Of a stretch of DNA of 64,000 nucleotides, positions 29,002 to 38,988 are shown one piece after another (position 1 is the stretch's first letter; the number at the start of each line of letters is the position of its first letter). A model generated the notes under the pieces. The model was not told the origin of the DNA. It made no database searches and saw only the letters and a program-made list of their open reading frames with translations. The DNA comes from an uncultured Gammaproteobacteria bacterium (lineage in GTDB: Bacteria; Patescibacteriota; Patescibacteriia; UBA9934): the NCBI GenBank assembly GCA_964401485.1, contig CAYNYL010000002.1:36452-100451 (forward strand). Direction: 5' to 3'. The translations under genes were made by a program, and so were the position numbers.

Positions 29002-31837
29002 AGATGTCTTTGAATGGGCAGGATCCGCACGTAAACGCGCTCGGGGTTGCGTTAAAGTTTGAAGCGAGGAGATCCTCGATCGCTTCCTTTGTTCCCTCCT
29101 CGAATTTTACCATGTCCTTCTCGGTTGCGGTAAAGCTTACCCGCGTTCCATTTTCGAGATAGTAGTACGTTAATTTTTTAACGTTTAGGGGTGGATTAAA
29201 GCATGCGTTCGCCGCATACTTATAAAGAAGTAGTTGTTTTTTGTCTTCCGGTTCAAGTTTTTCCTTTGGCTTTCCCGTCTTGTAATCGATAATCTCGACG
29301 CCGTCCTCGAAGCTATCGATTCGGTCGATTCGTCCCGCGATTTTCACCGTTCCGAACTTAAAACTAAACGGTTGTTCGAGATAGAGAACTTTCTCCGACT
29401 GCTCCTTGCATTTATCGTAAAAATCTTTGAGCATGACCCGCCCCTTCTCTCGAAACTCTTCTTTCTTCGCTTCATCCGGATACCACTCGTCGATAAATTG
29501 CTCGTCGTAGATTCGTAGGAGATCGTCGTAGGTCGGAAGCGTCGTGTCTTTTGCCGATTCGAAGTAGCGTTGTACGGTATTGTGCATCGTTGTTCCGAAG
29601 CTTTGGTTGTGGGTTCCGTAAATCGGAATGCGGAGAATGTGGCGGTAGCGATATTTTAGCGGACAGTCGGAGAAATCTTTGAGCGATGTAATACTGACCG
29701 ACTTAATTTCCGTTCCCTTAAGTTCATGTTTCGCTACCGGTGGCGACTCGCGCTCTTCAAACGCATTAAGCGACGCCAGTGTCTCGAGCTCCATCTTCAT
29801 TTCTTCAAAGAACTTCGACGGTTTTTTCTTTCGCGCTCCCCCATAGCTCTCGCTTGCGAGAAGATAGGCGCCGATTTTTGCGCGGGTAAGGGCGACATAA
29901 AAGAGTCGGCGTTCTTCCGAGGTTTGGTTATTTGCCTCTTCGTACGGATCCACGTTTAGTCCAGAGGGAAGCGGGAGGGCGTCGGCTTTCGCGCGCGAAG
30001 GGAAGCGCTGATCGACGAGGCTAATGATAAAGACATATTTAAACTCGAGTCCCTTCGAGCTGTGGACCGTCATAACGCTTACGACGTCCGGACCGCTTTC
30101 GATATCTGCTTGGAGCATTCCGGTTTCGCCCGCCTCGCGTTCATGAACAAATTCCGCAAGGAAGGTGTGGAGAAGTCCGTCGTCGCTCGTTTCCTCAAAT
30201 TTCTTTAGACGGGTGTGGAACTGGTTAAGGAGTCCGATTGCTTCTTTTTGTTCCTCGTCGCCCTTCCCCGTCGCGAGCGTAAGGAGTCCGCTTTCGTTAA
30301 TAATATCGATAAAGAGCGCGCTCACATTTTTGCGCTTTGCGAGTTCGTGAAGCCTCTCGATTCCTGCTTCAATTTCGCGAATACGAAGAAGACTTGATTC
30401 GCTAATCCCCTGGATACTTCCGACGAGCTTCATCGCCTTCACGAGCGGAAGCCCCTTCTTTTTCGCAAACATCGTAATTTCGTGGAGATCCCGGGCGTCG
30501 ATTCCAAGTTCCGGGTGTGAAAAGATTCGGTAGTAGGACGTATCATCTTGCGATTGATCGACCGCGCGAAGGTACGCAAGCGCGTCGACGATCAGCGGCT
30601 TAAGGTAGAGGCCGTCTTGGGCGAGGTAGCGGTACGGGACGCGAAGCGCCTCAAAGCGCGAGACAACCGGCGAGGTCGCGTTGTGTGAGCGACTAAGAAT
30701 TGCAATGTCGCGGTAATCCGCCTCCCCGGCCGAAACGAGATCAACGATCGTCTTTACGATAAAATCAACCTCGTCGTCCTCTGTGGCGAACTGAATTCCA
30801 CGCACAAATCCCCCCGTTCCCTTTTCGGAGTGGAGGCGTTTATCGATCGCTTGCTGGACCTCAAGACGGTGTGGGTTGTTCGCTTGGATAAAGTTGTAGG
30901 CTGTGTCGAGAACCTCGCTATGCGAGCGGTAGTTGCGGTTGAGGACAACGGCGGTTGCGCCTTCAAAGTCCGTTTTGAATTGCAAAATATTTCCAAGTGA
31001 CGCTCCGCGGAAATGATAAATCGCCTGATCGTCGTCTCCAACGATCGTGACATTCTTCCGCTTCCCCGCAAGGAGCTTCACGAGTTCGTACTGACCCTTA
31101 TTCGTATCTTGGAACTCGTCAACTAAAATATACTTAAATTGTTCTTGATATTTCTTTAAAACATTTGGTCGTTTTTGTAAGAGCTCCACCGTGTAGTAAA
31201 CAAGATCGCCAAAATCGTAGGCGTGGTTATCGACAAGAAGTTGTTGGTAGGTTTTGTAGGCGTTTGCGAGCTCGAGAATCCGTTCGGCCTCCACCTTGTC
31301 CGCTTCTTCTTTTGCATTTTCCGCAAGTTTCGTCGCGTAAGCGATGTAAGCCTCTGGAGTAATAAGTTCGTCTTTCGCTCGAGAAAAATGACCAATAAGA
31401 TCATTAATAAAGCGCGTTGGATTTCCGCGTTGCGCGTAGTAGTTGAAATTAAACCGATCGAAGTTTCGGCGGATTAAAAGAAGAGTATCGACGCCGTTAA
31501 GAAGCGAGCAATTTGCCGGAAGACCGATATCCGGTCCATGCTCGCGAAGGATTTTTTCGGCGAAAGAATGGAATGTCGAGATCCAAAGATCGACGTAGCC
31601 GATCGGAAGAAGAAGGTCGACCCGCTCCTCCATCTCGTTTGCCGCCTTGTCCGTAAAGGTGAGCGCCAAAACTTCGTCGGGTTTCGCGAGCGCCTGCTCG
31701 ATAAGCCAGGCAATTCGGTGCGTAATCACGGTCGTTTTCCCCGTTCCCGCCCCCGCGATAATCATAAGCGGACCTTCGCGGTGGACGACGGCCTGATACT
31801 GTTCCGGGTTGAGATTTTCAAGCAAATTTTGCGACAT
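28982..31837 (-). CDS. UvrD/PcrA-family SF1 DNA helicase fused to C-terminal PD-(D/E)xK nuclease with Cys cluster (AddA/Cas4-like)
   Basis: GAGTGKT Walker A, DEFQDTN motif II, LNRNYRS motif IV, VHSSKGLEF motif VI; C-terminus GRIDRIDSF...VEIIDYKTGK (PD-(D/E)xK) and CGSCPFKDIC (Fe-S-type Cys). Confidence 0.85.
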   Translation of the reverse strand: MSQNLLENLNPEQYQAVVHREGPLMIIAGAGTGKTTVITHRIAWLIEQALAKPDEVLALTFTDKAANEMEERVDLLLPIGYVDLWISTFHSFAEKILREHGPDIGLPANCSLLNGVDTLLLIRRNFDRFNFNYYAQRGNPTRFINDLIGHFSRAKDELITPEAYIAYATKLAENAKEEADKVEAERILELANAYKTYQQLLVDNHAYDFGDLVYYTVELLQKRPNVLKKYQEQFKYILVDEFQDTNKGQYELVKLLAGKRKNVTIVGDDDQAIYHFRGASLGNILQFKTDFEGATAVVLNRNYRSHSEVLDTAYNFIQANNPHRLEVQQAIDKRLHSEKGTGGFVRGIQFATEDDEVDFIVKTIVDLVSAGEADYRDIAILSRSHNATSPVVSRFEALRVPYRYLAQDGLYLKPLIVDALAYLRAVDQSQDDTSYYRIFSHPELGIDARDLHEITMFAKKKGLPLVKAMKLVGSIQGISESSLLRIREIEAGIERLHELAKRKNVSALFIDIINESGLLTLATGKGDEEQKEAIGLLNQFHTRLKKFEETSDDGLLHTFLAEFVHEREAGETGMLQADIESGPDVVSVMTVHSSKGLEFKYVFIISLVDQRFPSRAKADALPLPSGLNVDPYEEANNQTSEERRLFYVALTRAKIGAYLLASESYGGARKKKPSKFFEEMKMELETLASLNAFEERESPPVAKHELKGTEIKSVSITSLKDFSDCPLKYRYRHILRIPIYGTHNQSFGTTMHNTVQRYFESAKDTTLPTYDDLLRIYDEQFIDEWYPDEAKKEEFREKGRVMLKDFYDKCKEQSEKVLYLEQPFSFKFGTVKIAGRIDRIDSFEDGVEIIDYKTGKPKEKLEPEDKKQLLLYKYAANACFNPPLNVKKLTYYYLENGTRVSFTATEKDMVKFEEGTKEAIEDLLASNFNATPSAFTCGSCPFKDICEFSEA

Positions 31838-32113
31838 ATTGGCTATGCGTTGACAATTTCAGCATTTAGAGTAAAGTGACCTGCATTGCTGGTGGCGGTT
31901 CTTCGGAGAGAGGATTGTTCGCCCTCTTAAGGTCAAGACGTCGGGCGAAGTCGTCTACTTGAGCCCCCGGACTTCCTCGTTCGTGACCTGCTGCCACCAG
32001 CATCACTTTTCCTTCGCGCAAGCGTCGGACTCGCCTCTTGGAAAAACAGTTTGCCATAAATCGGAATTCTCCGGTCCCAACTTCCTGGCAGACAAGTTAC
32101 CCAAGAGGCGTTT

Positions 32114-32968
32114 CTATTTTAGGCCAAAAACCGTTTCCGCATTTCGTGTCGTCGCTTCCGCTACCTCCTTAAGGGGTAGCGATTTTAGTTCTGCGATTTT
32201 TTCGACGATGAACCGAACATTTGTCGGGTCATTGCGCTTTCCGCGATTTGGCGGTGGCGTGAGATATGGCGAATCCGTTTCGACAACGAGTTGCTCGAAC
32301 GGGGTTTCTTTTACGACCGCTTGAAGCTCTTTCGAGAAAAAGAGAATGCCATTGATTCCGAGTTTGAAACCGATCGAGTCGTAGCGCTTTGCGTCTTCGA
32401 GCGTTCCTGTGAACGAGTGGATGACTCCACGCTTCTTTAGTCCGCCCGCGTCGATCACCTCTTTTAACAGAACGAACTGATCGTCGTGTGCGTCGCGACA
32501 ATGAATCACGATAGGCTTCTCATATTCGCTCGCGAACAAAAGTTGCTTTTTACACTCCGCTTGTTGATCCGCCTTAAGTCGCGCAAGGTCAACGTTTGGC
32601 GGAAGACGATAATAGTCGAGCCCGAACTCGCCGATCGCAACGACTTTCGGATGCGTAACGAGCGTTTTGTAGTACTCGGGATCAAAATGTTCACTTCGGG
32701 TTTTAATCGCACCGACCTCCCGCTTTTCGGGCGGAAGTTCATTGTCATCAAAGAATTCTTGCTTGTGTACATGGTTTGGGTGGAGCCCGATCGTTGCCCA
32801 AACGCCATCGTATTTTTCCGCGAGGAGAATTCCGTTTGCCGACGTTGTCGATTGCGTTCCAACCGTAATCATCTGCACACCCGCTTCGAGCGAACGTTTA
32901 ACGACCTCGTCCATGTCGTCTTTGTACGCTTGGAAATGAACGTGGCAGTGCGTGTCGATTAAACGCAT
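32114..32968 (-). CDS. tatD: TatD-family metal-dependent hydrolase/DNase
   Basis: MRLIDTHCHVHF start (internal Met of track ORF 33085), conserved His/Asp/Glu ladder; start 1 nt from metG stop. Confidence 0.85.
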   Translation of the reverse strand: MRLIDTHCHVHFQAYKDDMDEVVKRSLEAGVQMITVGTQSTTSANGILLAEKYDGVWATIGLHPNHVHKQEFFDDNELPPEKREVGAIKTRSEHFDPEYYKTLVTHPKVVAIGEFGLDYYRLPPNVDLARLKADQQAECKKQLLFASEYEKPIVIHCRDAHDDQFVLLKEVIDAGGLKKRGVIHSFTGTLEDAKRYDSIGFKLGINGILFFSKELQAVVKETPFEQLVVETDSPYLTPPPNRGKRNDPTNVRFIVEKIAELKSLPLKEVAEATTRNAETVFGLK

Positions 32969-32969
32969 A

Positions 32970-34436
32970 TTATTGATCTCGGCGTGGGAAAAGGCCTGGA
33001 ATAATAGCAACCGTTCCATCTTCTTTGTAGCTCTCGAGGATTTTGGCCGATGCTTCCGGAAGTGCTGGGGCGAGCGAGCGTCCAATAAATCGAATCATTT
33101 CCGCGACTTCGGAGAGCACACGTTTTGCCTCCGCTTCATCCGTCTTTACGAGTTTGAACGGGGCTTTTTTATCGATGACTTCGTTTGCCGCGTCACAGGC
33201 TTCGAAGACGTAGTCGAGATAGGCCTTGAAGTTATAGTCGTCGATCGCATTATCAAGGTGTGTTTCTTGTTCGCTCCAGTTGACCGAGATCCGATCAAGT
33301 TTTCCTTCGAAATATTTATTCGCCATTGCCGAAACGCGCGAAACAAGATTGCCGAGACGGTTTGCGAGTTCTGCGTAACGCTCCTCCATTCGAGCATCCG
33401 AATAATCTCCATCGTCTGTCGATGGAATTTCGCGAAGAAGGTAGTAGCGCGTTGCGTCCGTTCCGTAGGTGTCGACGGTCGTGAATGGGTTAATGACATT
33501 CCCGAGAGATTTCGACATCTTTTCGCCTCCCGCCGTAATGTAACCATGGACGAACAATTCGTCCGGAAGCGGAAGGCCTGCGGAAAGGAGCATTCCAATC
33601 CAGTAAATAGCGTGGAATCGTGTGATCCCCTTTCCGATTACGTGCACCCGTTTCGCGTCAGCACTATTCCAAAACTCTGAGAAGAGCTTACCGTCGTCCG
33701 CGTAATCGAGCGCGTTCAAGTAGTTTGAAAGCGCATCAAACCAAACGTACATCGTTTGGGTCGCGTCCCCTGGTACGGGCACGCCGAAATGTCCCGCACG
33801 TTCGTTACTTCGTGAGACCGAAAAATCCTCGAGACCGTTTTTAATAAACGCGAGCATTTCATTCTTTCGCGCATCCGGAACGATTCGAAGTTCGTTTGAC
33901 GCGATAAGGCGTTCAATCGTTTTTTCGTATTTAGAAAGTTTGAAGAAATAGTTTTCTTCTTTGATTTTTTCGAGGGGCTTTTTGTGTTCTGGGCAGATCC
34001 CGTCTGGAACTTCTTTTTCGGTGTAGAACATTTCACAGCCAACGCAGTAGAGGCCCTCGTATTCTTTTTTATAAAAATCCTCTGGGTTGCAGGCCTGCCA
34101 AAGTTTCTGCGCGCCTCGCATGTGACGATCCTCGCGCGTACGAATGAACGCGTTGAAGTCTGCGTTGAGTTTTTCAAGAAGGGTTTTGAAAATTCCTGCC
34201 TTTTCTTCGACAAACGCTTCAACGGGAATGCCTGCCGTTTCGGCGGAACGCACGTTTTTTAAGCTGTTTTCATCTGTTCCGGTTGTTGCAAAAACTGTCT
34301 CACGTCCAAGCTTCGCTCGGTTGTATCTCGCGAGAAAATCGGTTTGAACAAGTTCAAGCGCGAATCCGATATGTGGGTCGGCGTTTACGTAAGGAATCGC
34401 GGTTGAAAGAAAGAGTCGGTTTTTCATAGGTGCCAA
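32970..34436 (-). CDS. metG: Methionyl-tRNA synthetase
   Basis: PYVNADPHIGF (HIGH), EKMSKSLGN (KMSKS), CPxC knuckle region; 488 aa. Confidence 0.92.
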   Translation of the reverse strand: MAPMKNRLFLSTAIPYVNADPHIGFALELVQTDFLARYNRAKLGRETVFATTGTDENSLKNVRSAETAGIPVEAFVEEKAGIFKTLLEKLNADFNAFIRTREDRHMRGAQKLWQACNPEDFYKKEYEGLYCVGCEMFYTEKEVPDGICPEHKKPLEKIKEENYFFKLSKYEKTIERLIASNELRIVPDARKNEMLAFIKNGLEDFSVSRSNERAGHFGVPVPGDATQTMYVWFDALSNYLNALDYADDGKLFSEFWNSADAKRVHVIGKGITRFHAIYWIGMLLSAGLPLPDELFVHGYITAGGEKMSKSLGNVINPFTTVDTYGTDATRYYLLREIPSTDDGDYSDARMEERYAELANRLGNLVSRVSAMANKYFEGKLDRISVNWSEQETHLDNAIDDYNFKAYLDYVFEACDAANEVIDKKAPFKLVKTDEAEAKRVLSEVAEMIRFIGRSLAPALPEASAKILESYKEDGTVAIIPGLFPRRDQ

Positions 34437-35101
34437 TTTAGTGGGGCGAGGACGACGACGTACTCCCCTTTTTGACTTGTTGCCGTTAGTTGGTTCATGA
34501 CCTCAGTGACCGTTCCGAAATAATGCGTTTCGTGCATTTTTGTCAGCTCTCGAGCAAGAAAACAGTAGCGGTCCGGTTGAAGTTCCGCGAGCGTTTTTTC
34601 GATTCGGTGCTTACTTTCGAAAAAGGCGACGGTCTCTTCGAGCTTTGCGACTTCTGCGAAGTAGGTTTTGCGTCCATTTTTTTGCGGTGGAAATCCGAGG
34701 AAGGTGAAGCGATTTGTCGGGAAGCCCGCAACGGAGAGAGCCGTCGTGAGCGCCGAGGCTCCCGGAATGCCAATGACCGTGATTCCCATTTTTCTCGCAA
34801 GCGCAACAACTTTTCCGCCAGGGTCCGAAATTGCCGGGGTTCCCGCATCGCTTACATAGGCGAGGTCCCCGTCGATCTCGAGAAATGCCGTGAGGACGTT
34901 TTCTTCCGAATGTTCGTGGATCGAAACGAGCTTCGTTTTTGAATTGAATGAATCAAGCAACTTCTTTGTTACTCGGGTATCCTCTGCTCCGATCGCCGAA
35001 ACGCGCGACAAAACGTCGCGCGCTCGGTCGCTTAGGTCCGAAAGATTGCCAATCGGGGTCGCTACAATGTAGAGGGTTTTATTCGACATGTGCGCGGTCA
35101 A
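34424..35101 (-). CDS. rsmI: 16S rRNA (cytidine1402-2'-O)-methyltransferase RsmI
   Basis: LYIVATPIGNLSDLSDRARDVL (tetrapyrrole-methylase-fold RsmI N-terminus); 225 aa. Confidence 0.8.
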   Translation of the reverse strand: MTAHMSNKTLYIVATPIGNLSDLSDRARDVLSRVSAIGAEDTRVTKKLLDSFNSKTKLVSIHEHSEENVLTAFLEIDGDLAYVSDAGTPAISDPGGKVVALARKMGITVIGIPGASALTTALSVAGFPTNRFTFLGFPPQKNGRKTYFAEVAKLEETVAFFESKHRIEKTLAELQPDRYCFLARELTKMHETHYFGTVTEVMNQLTATSQKGEYVVVLAPLNWHL

Positions 35102-36227
35102 CGGCGTCGAGGTGTCCGATTGTTGTGGTTGGGTTTTGTGCGTACCAAGAGAACCAGAAGTGTTCAGATGTTGGGATGAGTTCGAGTTGCTTTCCTTGGA
35201 GTTTTCCGGAAATGCCGATTCCGGTTGGGCTCCAGCGCGTGCCGGTTTCCTTGTCGGTGATTCGGTTGTTTGGACGATCGTATTCGAATGTAAGAGTTTG
35301 ACCGTCGATGATAGCCTTAAAGACGTGAATCACTTCCGTTTCATTGTCGTAGGTGGCGACAATCGGTGTTCCGTCGACAAGCCCATTGAATACATTAAAT
35401 CCTTTCTCGATTTCTTTTGCGAACGCGACCGCCTCTTCGCCAAGTCGTACACCAACAACGACCCACTTCGCGTTCCCGATCCGTTTATCATCCATCTTGT
35501 TCAACGGGAAGTAAATCGTCTTTGCAGTATCGTAGGTTGAGTACGGATGTCTCGTGTAATCGCGAACAACTCCCGTTTCCGTTGAGAGGGCCGTACCTGT
35601 TGGATAGAGCGATTTGAAATTATCCCAAGACATGACTGTCGAAGGAAGTTGCGTTAACGTTTTTCCAATAAGGGCTCCCGAAATAGCCGTATTTTTTCCT
35701 ACAAGCCACTCACTTCCCGTTTCCTTGTCGGTAACGATTGGAGCGTTGTTATATACGGTGTTCGTGTGCTCAAACGTAAGCGCTTGACTGTCAACCGTTC
35801 GGAGGTAGGCTCCGGAATTACCCGTGAGGGTTGAGGAGAGAATGACTCGGTCGCCGTCATTAACGATCTCGTGCCAGTTAAGGATTTGATAGGAGTAAAA
35901 CTTCGCCGAACCATTCGAATTTACCACCACGAGTCCAGGGACTTCGTCGGCAAGATAGCGATCAGCTTCTGCGATTGAGTCAAAAATTGGGGTATTGATC
36001 GCTCCGCGCTGATCGAGCGTGAGTCCCGTCTCAAAACGCTCGCGTGGAGGGATGAGGTACTCTTTTCCATCCATGGACAAAGGCTTTACAAGAAGTCCAT
36101 TATCTCCGATTTCCGCCGTTCCAAATCGTTTCTCAAAGTTTCCCGATTGGACCCCGCGTACCCCGAAGAAAATGGCTACGAGAACAAGGAAAATACCTCC
36201 GGAAAGAACCCATGTCGAATATTTCAT
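35079..36227 (-). CDS. Exported/membrane-anchored protein with internal duplication (DUF3179-like)
   Basis: Start MKYSTWVLSGGIFLVLVAIFFG (TM anchor) at 36227; two related segments (TGSEWLVGKNTAISGALIGKTLTQLP / TGTRWSPTGIGISGKLQGKQLELIP). Confidence 0.4.
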   Translation of the reverse strand: MKYSTWVLSGGIFLVLVAIFFGVRGVQSGNFEKRFGTAEIGDNGLLVKPLSMDGKEYLIPPRERFETGLTLDQRGAINTPIFDSIAEADRYLADEVPGLVVVNSNGSAKFYSYQILNWHEIVNDGDRVILSSTLTGNSGAYLRTVDSQALTFEHTNTVYNNAPIVTDKETGSEWLVGKNTAISGALIGKTLTQLPSTVMSWDNFKSLYPTGTALSTETGVVRDYTRHPYSTYDTAKTIYFPLNKMDDKRIGNAKWVVVGVRLGEEAVAFAKEIEKGFNVFNGLVDGTPIVATYDNETEVIHVFKAIIDGQTLTFEYDRPNNRITDKETGTRWSPTGIGISGKLQGKQLELIPTSEHFWFSWYAQNPTTTIGHLDAVDRAHVE

Positions 36228-36285
36228 AGATAGGTAGAATGTAACAAAAAACATGGATTTTGCAAAATCTAACGGAGTCGTTACA

Positions 36286-36837
36286 ATGAAAGTCCTAACA
36301 ACCACTATGATTTATCTAGGAAAACCCGCACCAGATTTTACGAACGTGCTCGCTTATAAAAAAGGAGAGTCGGATTTCGTAAAGATTAACTTGGCCGATT
36401 ATAAAGGGTCATGGCTCGTCTTTTTCTTCTATCCGCGCGACTTTACGTTCGTTTGCCCAACTGAAATTCGTGGATTTGCGAAGATGGAAAAGGAGTTTGC
36501 GGAGCATGGAGCGAAAATTCTCGCCGCTTCGACTGACTCACACTGGTCGCACAAGAATTGGTTCGAGCGTGATTTGCAAGAAGTGACCTACCCTGTCCTT
36601 GCCGACACAACGCAGTCGATCTCGCGCGCGTACGGGGTGCTTAATCCAGAAGACGGCTCGAGCGAGCGTGGACTCTTCATTATCGATCCGGAAGGTATCG
36701 TTAAGTACGTGGTCATTTCTTCCGGTTCCGTCGGCCGTTCGGTAAAGGAAACCCTCCGCGTTCTTAAAGCGCTTCAGTCTGGCGACCTCTGCCCTATTGA
36801 TTGGGACGAGGGTGGCGAGACACTTGGAAAGGCCTAA
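36286..36837 (+). CDS. 2-Cys peroxiredoxin (AhpC/Prx1 type)
   Basis: FTFVCPTEI peroxidatic Cys motif, C-terminal resolving Cys (GDLCPIDW); GGAG SD 10 nt upstream of ATG 36286. Confidence 0.88.
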   Translation: MKVLTTTMIYLGKPAPDFTNVLAYKKGESDFVKINLADYKGSWLVFFFYPRDFTFVCPTEIRGFAKMEKEFAEHGAKILAASTDSHWSHKNWFERDLQEVTYPVLADTTQSISRAYGVLNPEDGSSERGLFIIDPEGIVKYVVISSGSVGRSVKETLRVLKALQSGDLCPIDWDEGGETLGKA

Positions 36838-36844
36838 CAAAAAA

Positions 36845-36872
36845 ACACCCGCTTAGCGCGGGTGTTTTGTTT
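36845..36872. terminator. Rho-independent terminator between convergent prx and pepA
   Basis: ACACCCGC-ttag-GCGGGTGT + TTTTGTTT; A-run on other side (bidirectional). Confidence 0.75.
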
Positions 36873-36885
36873 AGGCGTTCGTCTA

Positions 36886-38376
36886 TTATTTTAATGATTG
36901 GATAAACTCAAGGAGTGTCGTGATCCCGTAGCCTGTTCCGCCGAGACCGATATAGCTCGCGAGGGGCTTTTCGGCGAAGGCGGGACCAGCGATATCGAGG
37001 TGGGCCCAGGCTTGACCGTCGTTAATGAATTCCTCAATAAAGAGGCCGGCGGTCAGAGTTCCGCCATAAGGGGTCTTTGAGATATTTTTGAGATCAGCGA
37101 TAGGTGACTTCATTAAATCTTTGTAACGCTTTTCGAGCGGGAGTTCCCAAAGTTTTTCGCCAGCTGTTTTTGCAGAAGCGAGGAGCGCTTTATTAAACGA
37201 CGGCGTGTTTCCCATAAGTCCCGCAATTTCTTCTCCGAGGGCGACGACGCAGGCGCCGGTGAGCGTTGCGAGATCGATTAGGTAATCCGGAGATTCTTTT
37301 TGCGCGTACCATAGCGCGTCGGCGAGCGTAAGGCGACCTTCCGCATCGGTATTAAGGATTTCGATTGTCTTTCCATTCGCTGATTTTACGATATCACCCG
37401 GACGGATCGCTTTTCCGGACGGCATGTTTTCGGTCGCGGCGATGTATCCGTGTACTTCGACGTTTGGCTTCGTTTCAGCGAGGATACGGAAGAGTCCGAG
37501 AACCGTTGCCGAACCCGCCATGTCACACTTCATCGTTTCCATTCCCTGCCCCGGTTTCAGCGATAATCCACCCGAATCGAAGGTGACTCCTTTTCCAACG
37601 ACGCCAACTTTTTTCTTTGCGCGTTTTGGTTTATAGACGAGGTGGATGAATTTCGGTGGTTCGTCGGAGCCTTGCGAGACGGCGAGGTAGGAGCCCATCC
37701 CCTGCTTTTCGGCCCACGCCTTATCGTAGACGTTCGCGGTGATCTCGGGGGCGAGTTTCGCGATCGCTTTTGCGTGTTCCGCAAGAACGGTTGGGGTCAT
37801 GTCCTTTGCGGGGGTATTTACGAGATCTCTCGCGAGCGAAACTCCGGCGACGAGAGGATTCGCCGTAAGCGCTTGTTTCTCGAGTTTTGACGCGAGCGCT
37901 TTGTCTTCAACGAGAACCGTGATTTGCTCAAGATGTCGCCCCTCACGTTTTTTGTAAGCGTTAAACGTATAGTTTGCGAGACGCGCGCCCGTTGAAAATG
38001 GAATGCTAAACTCCGCCTTCAGTTTTTTCAGAAATTGTGAGGCGACCGGGAAGACAGCGTGGTGTGCGTGCGCCCGTTCACTTGCGTGTACGACGTGACC
38101 CGCGAGTTCGCGTACCGCGTTCGCGTTAAACTGCTTTTCATCCCCTGCCCCGATCAGCATGAGCGTTGACGCCTCGTGGTGTGGGTGTGAAACGGCAAGG
38201 GTTTGCCCGAGTTTCCCCGTGAATTTCACCCGTTCCGCCCGCGCTTCAAGTCCTGGAAAATGCACGGAAAGAAGTTTTCCATAGGTTCCCGCAAAGAGTT
38301 TTCCCTCAAAAACCGGAACAATCGTTAATTCCGCAGGATGTTCAAAGGTATAGCCATGTTTATAGGAGATGTGCAT
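36886..38376 (-). CDS. pepA: Leucyl aminopeptidase (M17)
   Basis: NTDAEGRL, GKGVTFDSGG motifs; 496 aa. Confidence 0.9.
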   Translation of the reverse strand: MHISYKHGYTFEHPAELTIVPVFEGKLFAGTYGKLLSVHFPGLEARAERVKFTGKLGQTLAVSHPHHEASTLMLIGAGDEKQFNANAVRELAGHVVHASERAHAHHAVFPVASQFLKKLKAEFSIPFSTGARLANYTFNAYKKREGRHLEQITVLVEDKALASKLEKQALTANPLVAGVSLARDLVNTPAKDMTPTVLAEHAKAIAKLAPEITANVYDKAWAEKQGMGSYLAVSQGSDEPPKFIHLVYKPKRAKKKVGVVGKGVTFDSGGLSLKPGQGMETMKCDMAGSATVLGLFRILAETKPNVEVHGYIAATENMPSGKAIRPGDIVKSANGKTIEILNTDAEGRLTLADALWYAQKESPDYLIDLATLTGACVVALGEEIAGLMGNTPSFNKALLASAKTAGEKLWELPLEKRYKDLMKSPIADLKNISKTPYGGTLTAGLFIEEFINDGQAWAHLDIAGPAFAEKPLASYIGLGGTGYGITTLLEFIQSLK

Positions 38377-38379
38377 AGG

Positions 38380-38408
38380 TTTGACGATATTCTCTATCTT
38401 TGCTATAG
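38380..38408 (+). promoter_or_regulatory. Sigma70-type promoter TTGACG-17-TATAGT
   Basis: TTGACG 38380-38385, 17-nt spacer, TATAGT 38403-38408, 18 nt before ATG 38427. Confidence 0.5.
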
Positions 38409-38426
38409 TTTCGGATATTTTACAAG

Positions 38427-38550
38427 TATGCCATCACGACAACACCTCAATCGTAAGAAGCAACGCGCAGCGACAGCGGAAAAACGCGTAGTAGCTGCCC
38501 GCCTCCGACGAAAGAACAAGGCCAAGCGTCTTGCCAAAGCGGAAAAATAA
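38427..38550 (+). CDS. 40-aa highly basic small protein (hypothetical)
   Basis: MPSRQHLNRKKQRAATAEKRVVAARLRRKNKAKRLAKAEK; own promoter and strong terminator define a discrete transcription unit. Confidence 0.45.
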
Positions 38551-38576
38551 CAGGTATTATCTACCTGTTTTTTCTT
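38550..38576 (+). terminator. Rho-independent terminator
   Basis: ACAGGTA-ttatc-TACCTGT followed by TTTTTTC. Confidence 0.8.
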
Positions 38577-38577
38577 T

Positions 38578-38988
38578 ATGGACATGAAAACACAATTTGA
38601 TCAGTGGTTTGAGGCAAATAAGGAGAGCGAACCGACACGGCTCGTGATTAAACGTTATAGCGAGGTCTTTACGCGGATGACCCCGGTAATGCTTCTTGAA
38701 AAAGCGGTGACCGAAGGCATGTTTACCGTTGAACTGCTCGCTTCGACGATTGCCTGTGCGACTGTTGGACAGCCACCTTCCGAGTGGAATCAACACGGAA
38801 CAAACGCGGAACATGATGCGTTTCTCGCGGCGGTGTTTGTTCCCGAGACAATGAAGGATACGGGTGCAGGTACGATCGTTCGTTTAATTCTTGCGGAGTA
38901 CGATATGGAAACCCTCTTTGAGGTTACGCGCGCAGTTCTCGTTCTTGCGGGCCACAACGAGTTACGAGAGAGCAAGGACGTCGTCTAG
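38578..38988 (+). CDS. Hypothetical protein (136 aa)
   Basis: Long ORF with protein-like composition, no recognised motif. Confidence 0.4.
   Translation: MDMKTQFDQWFEANKESEPTRLVIKRYSEVFTRMTPVMLLEKAVTEGMFTVELLASTIACATVGQPPSEWNQHGTNAEHDAFLAAVFVPETMKDTGAGTIVRLILAEYDMETLFEVTRAVLVLAGHNELRESKDVV

Noticed and set aside
32952-33680. 242-aa plus-strand ORF antisense to metG
   Set aside because: Shadow ORF of MetRS.
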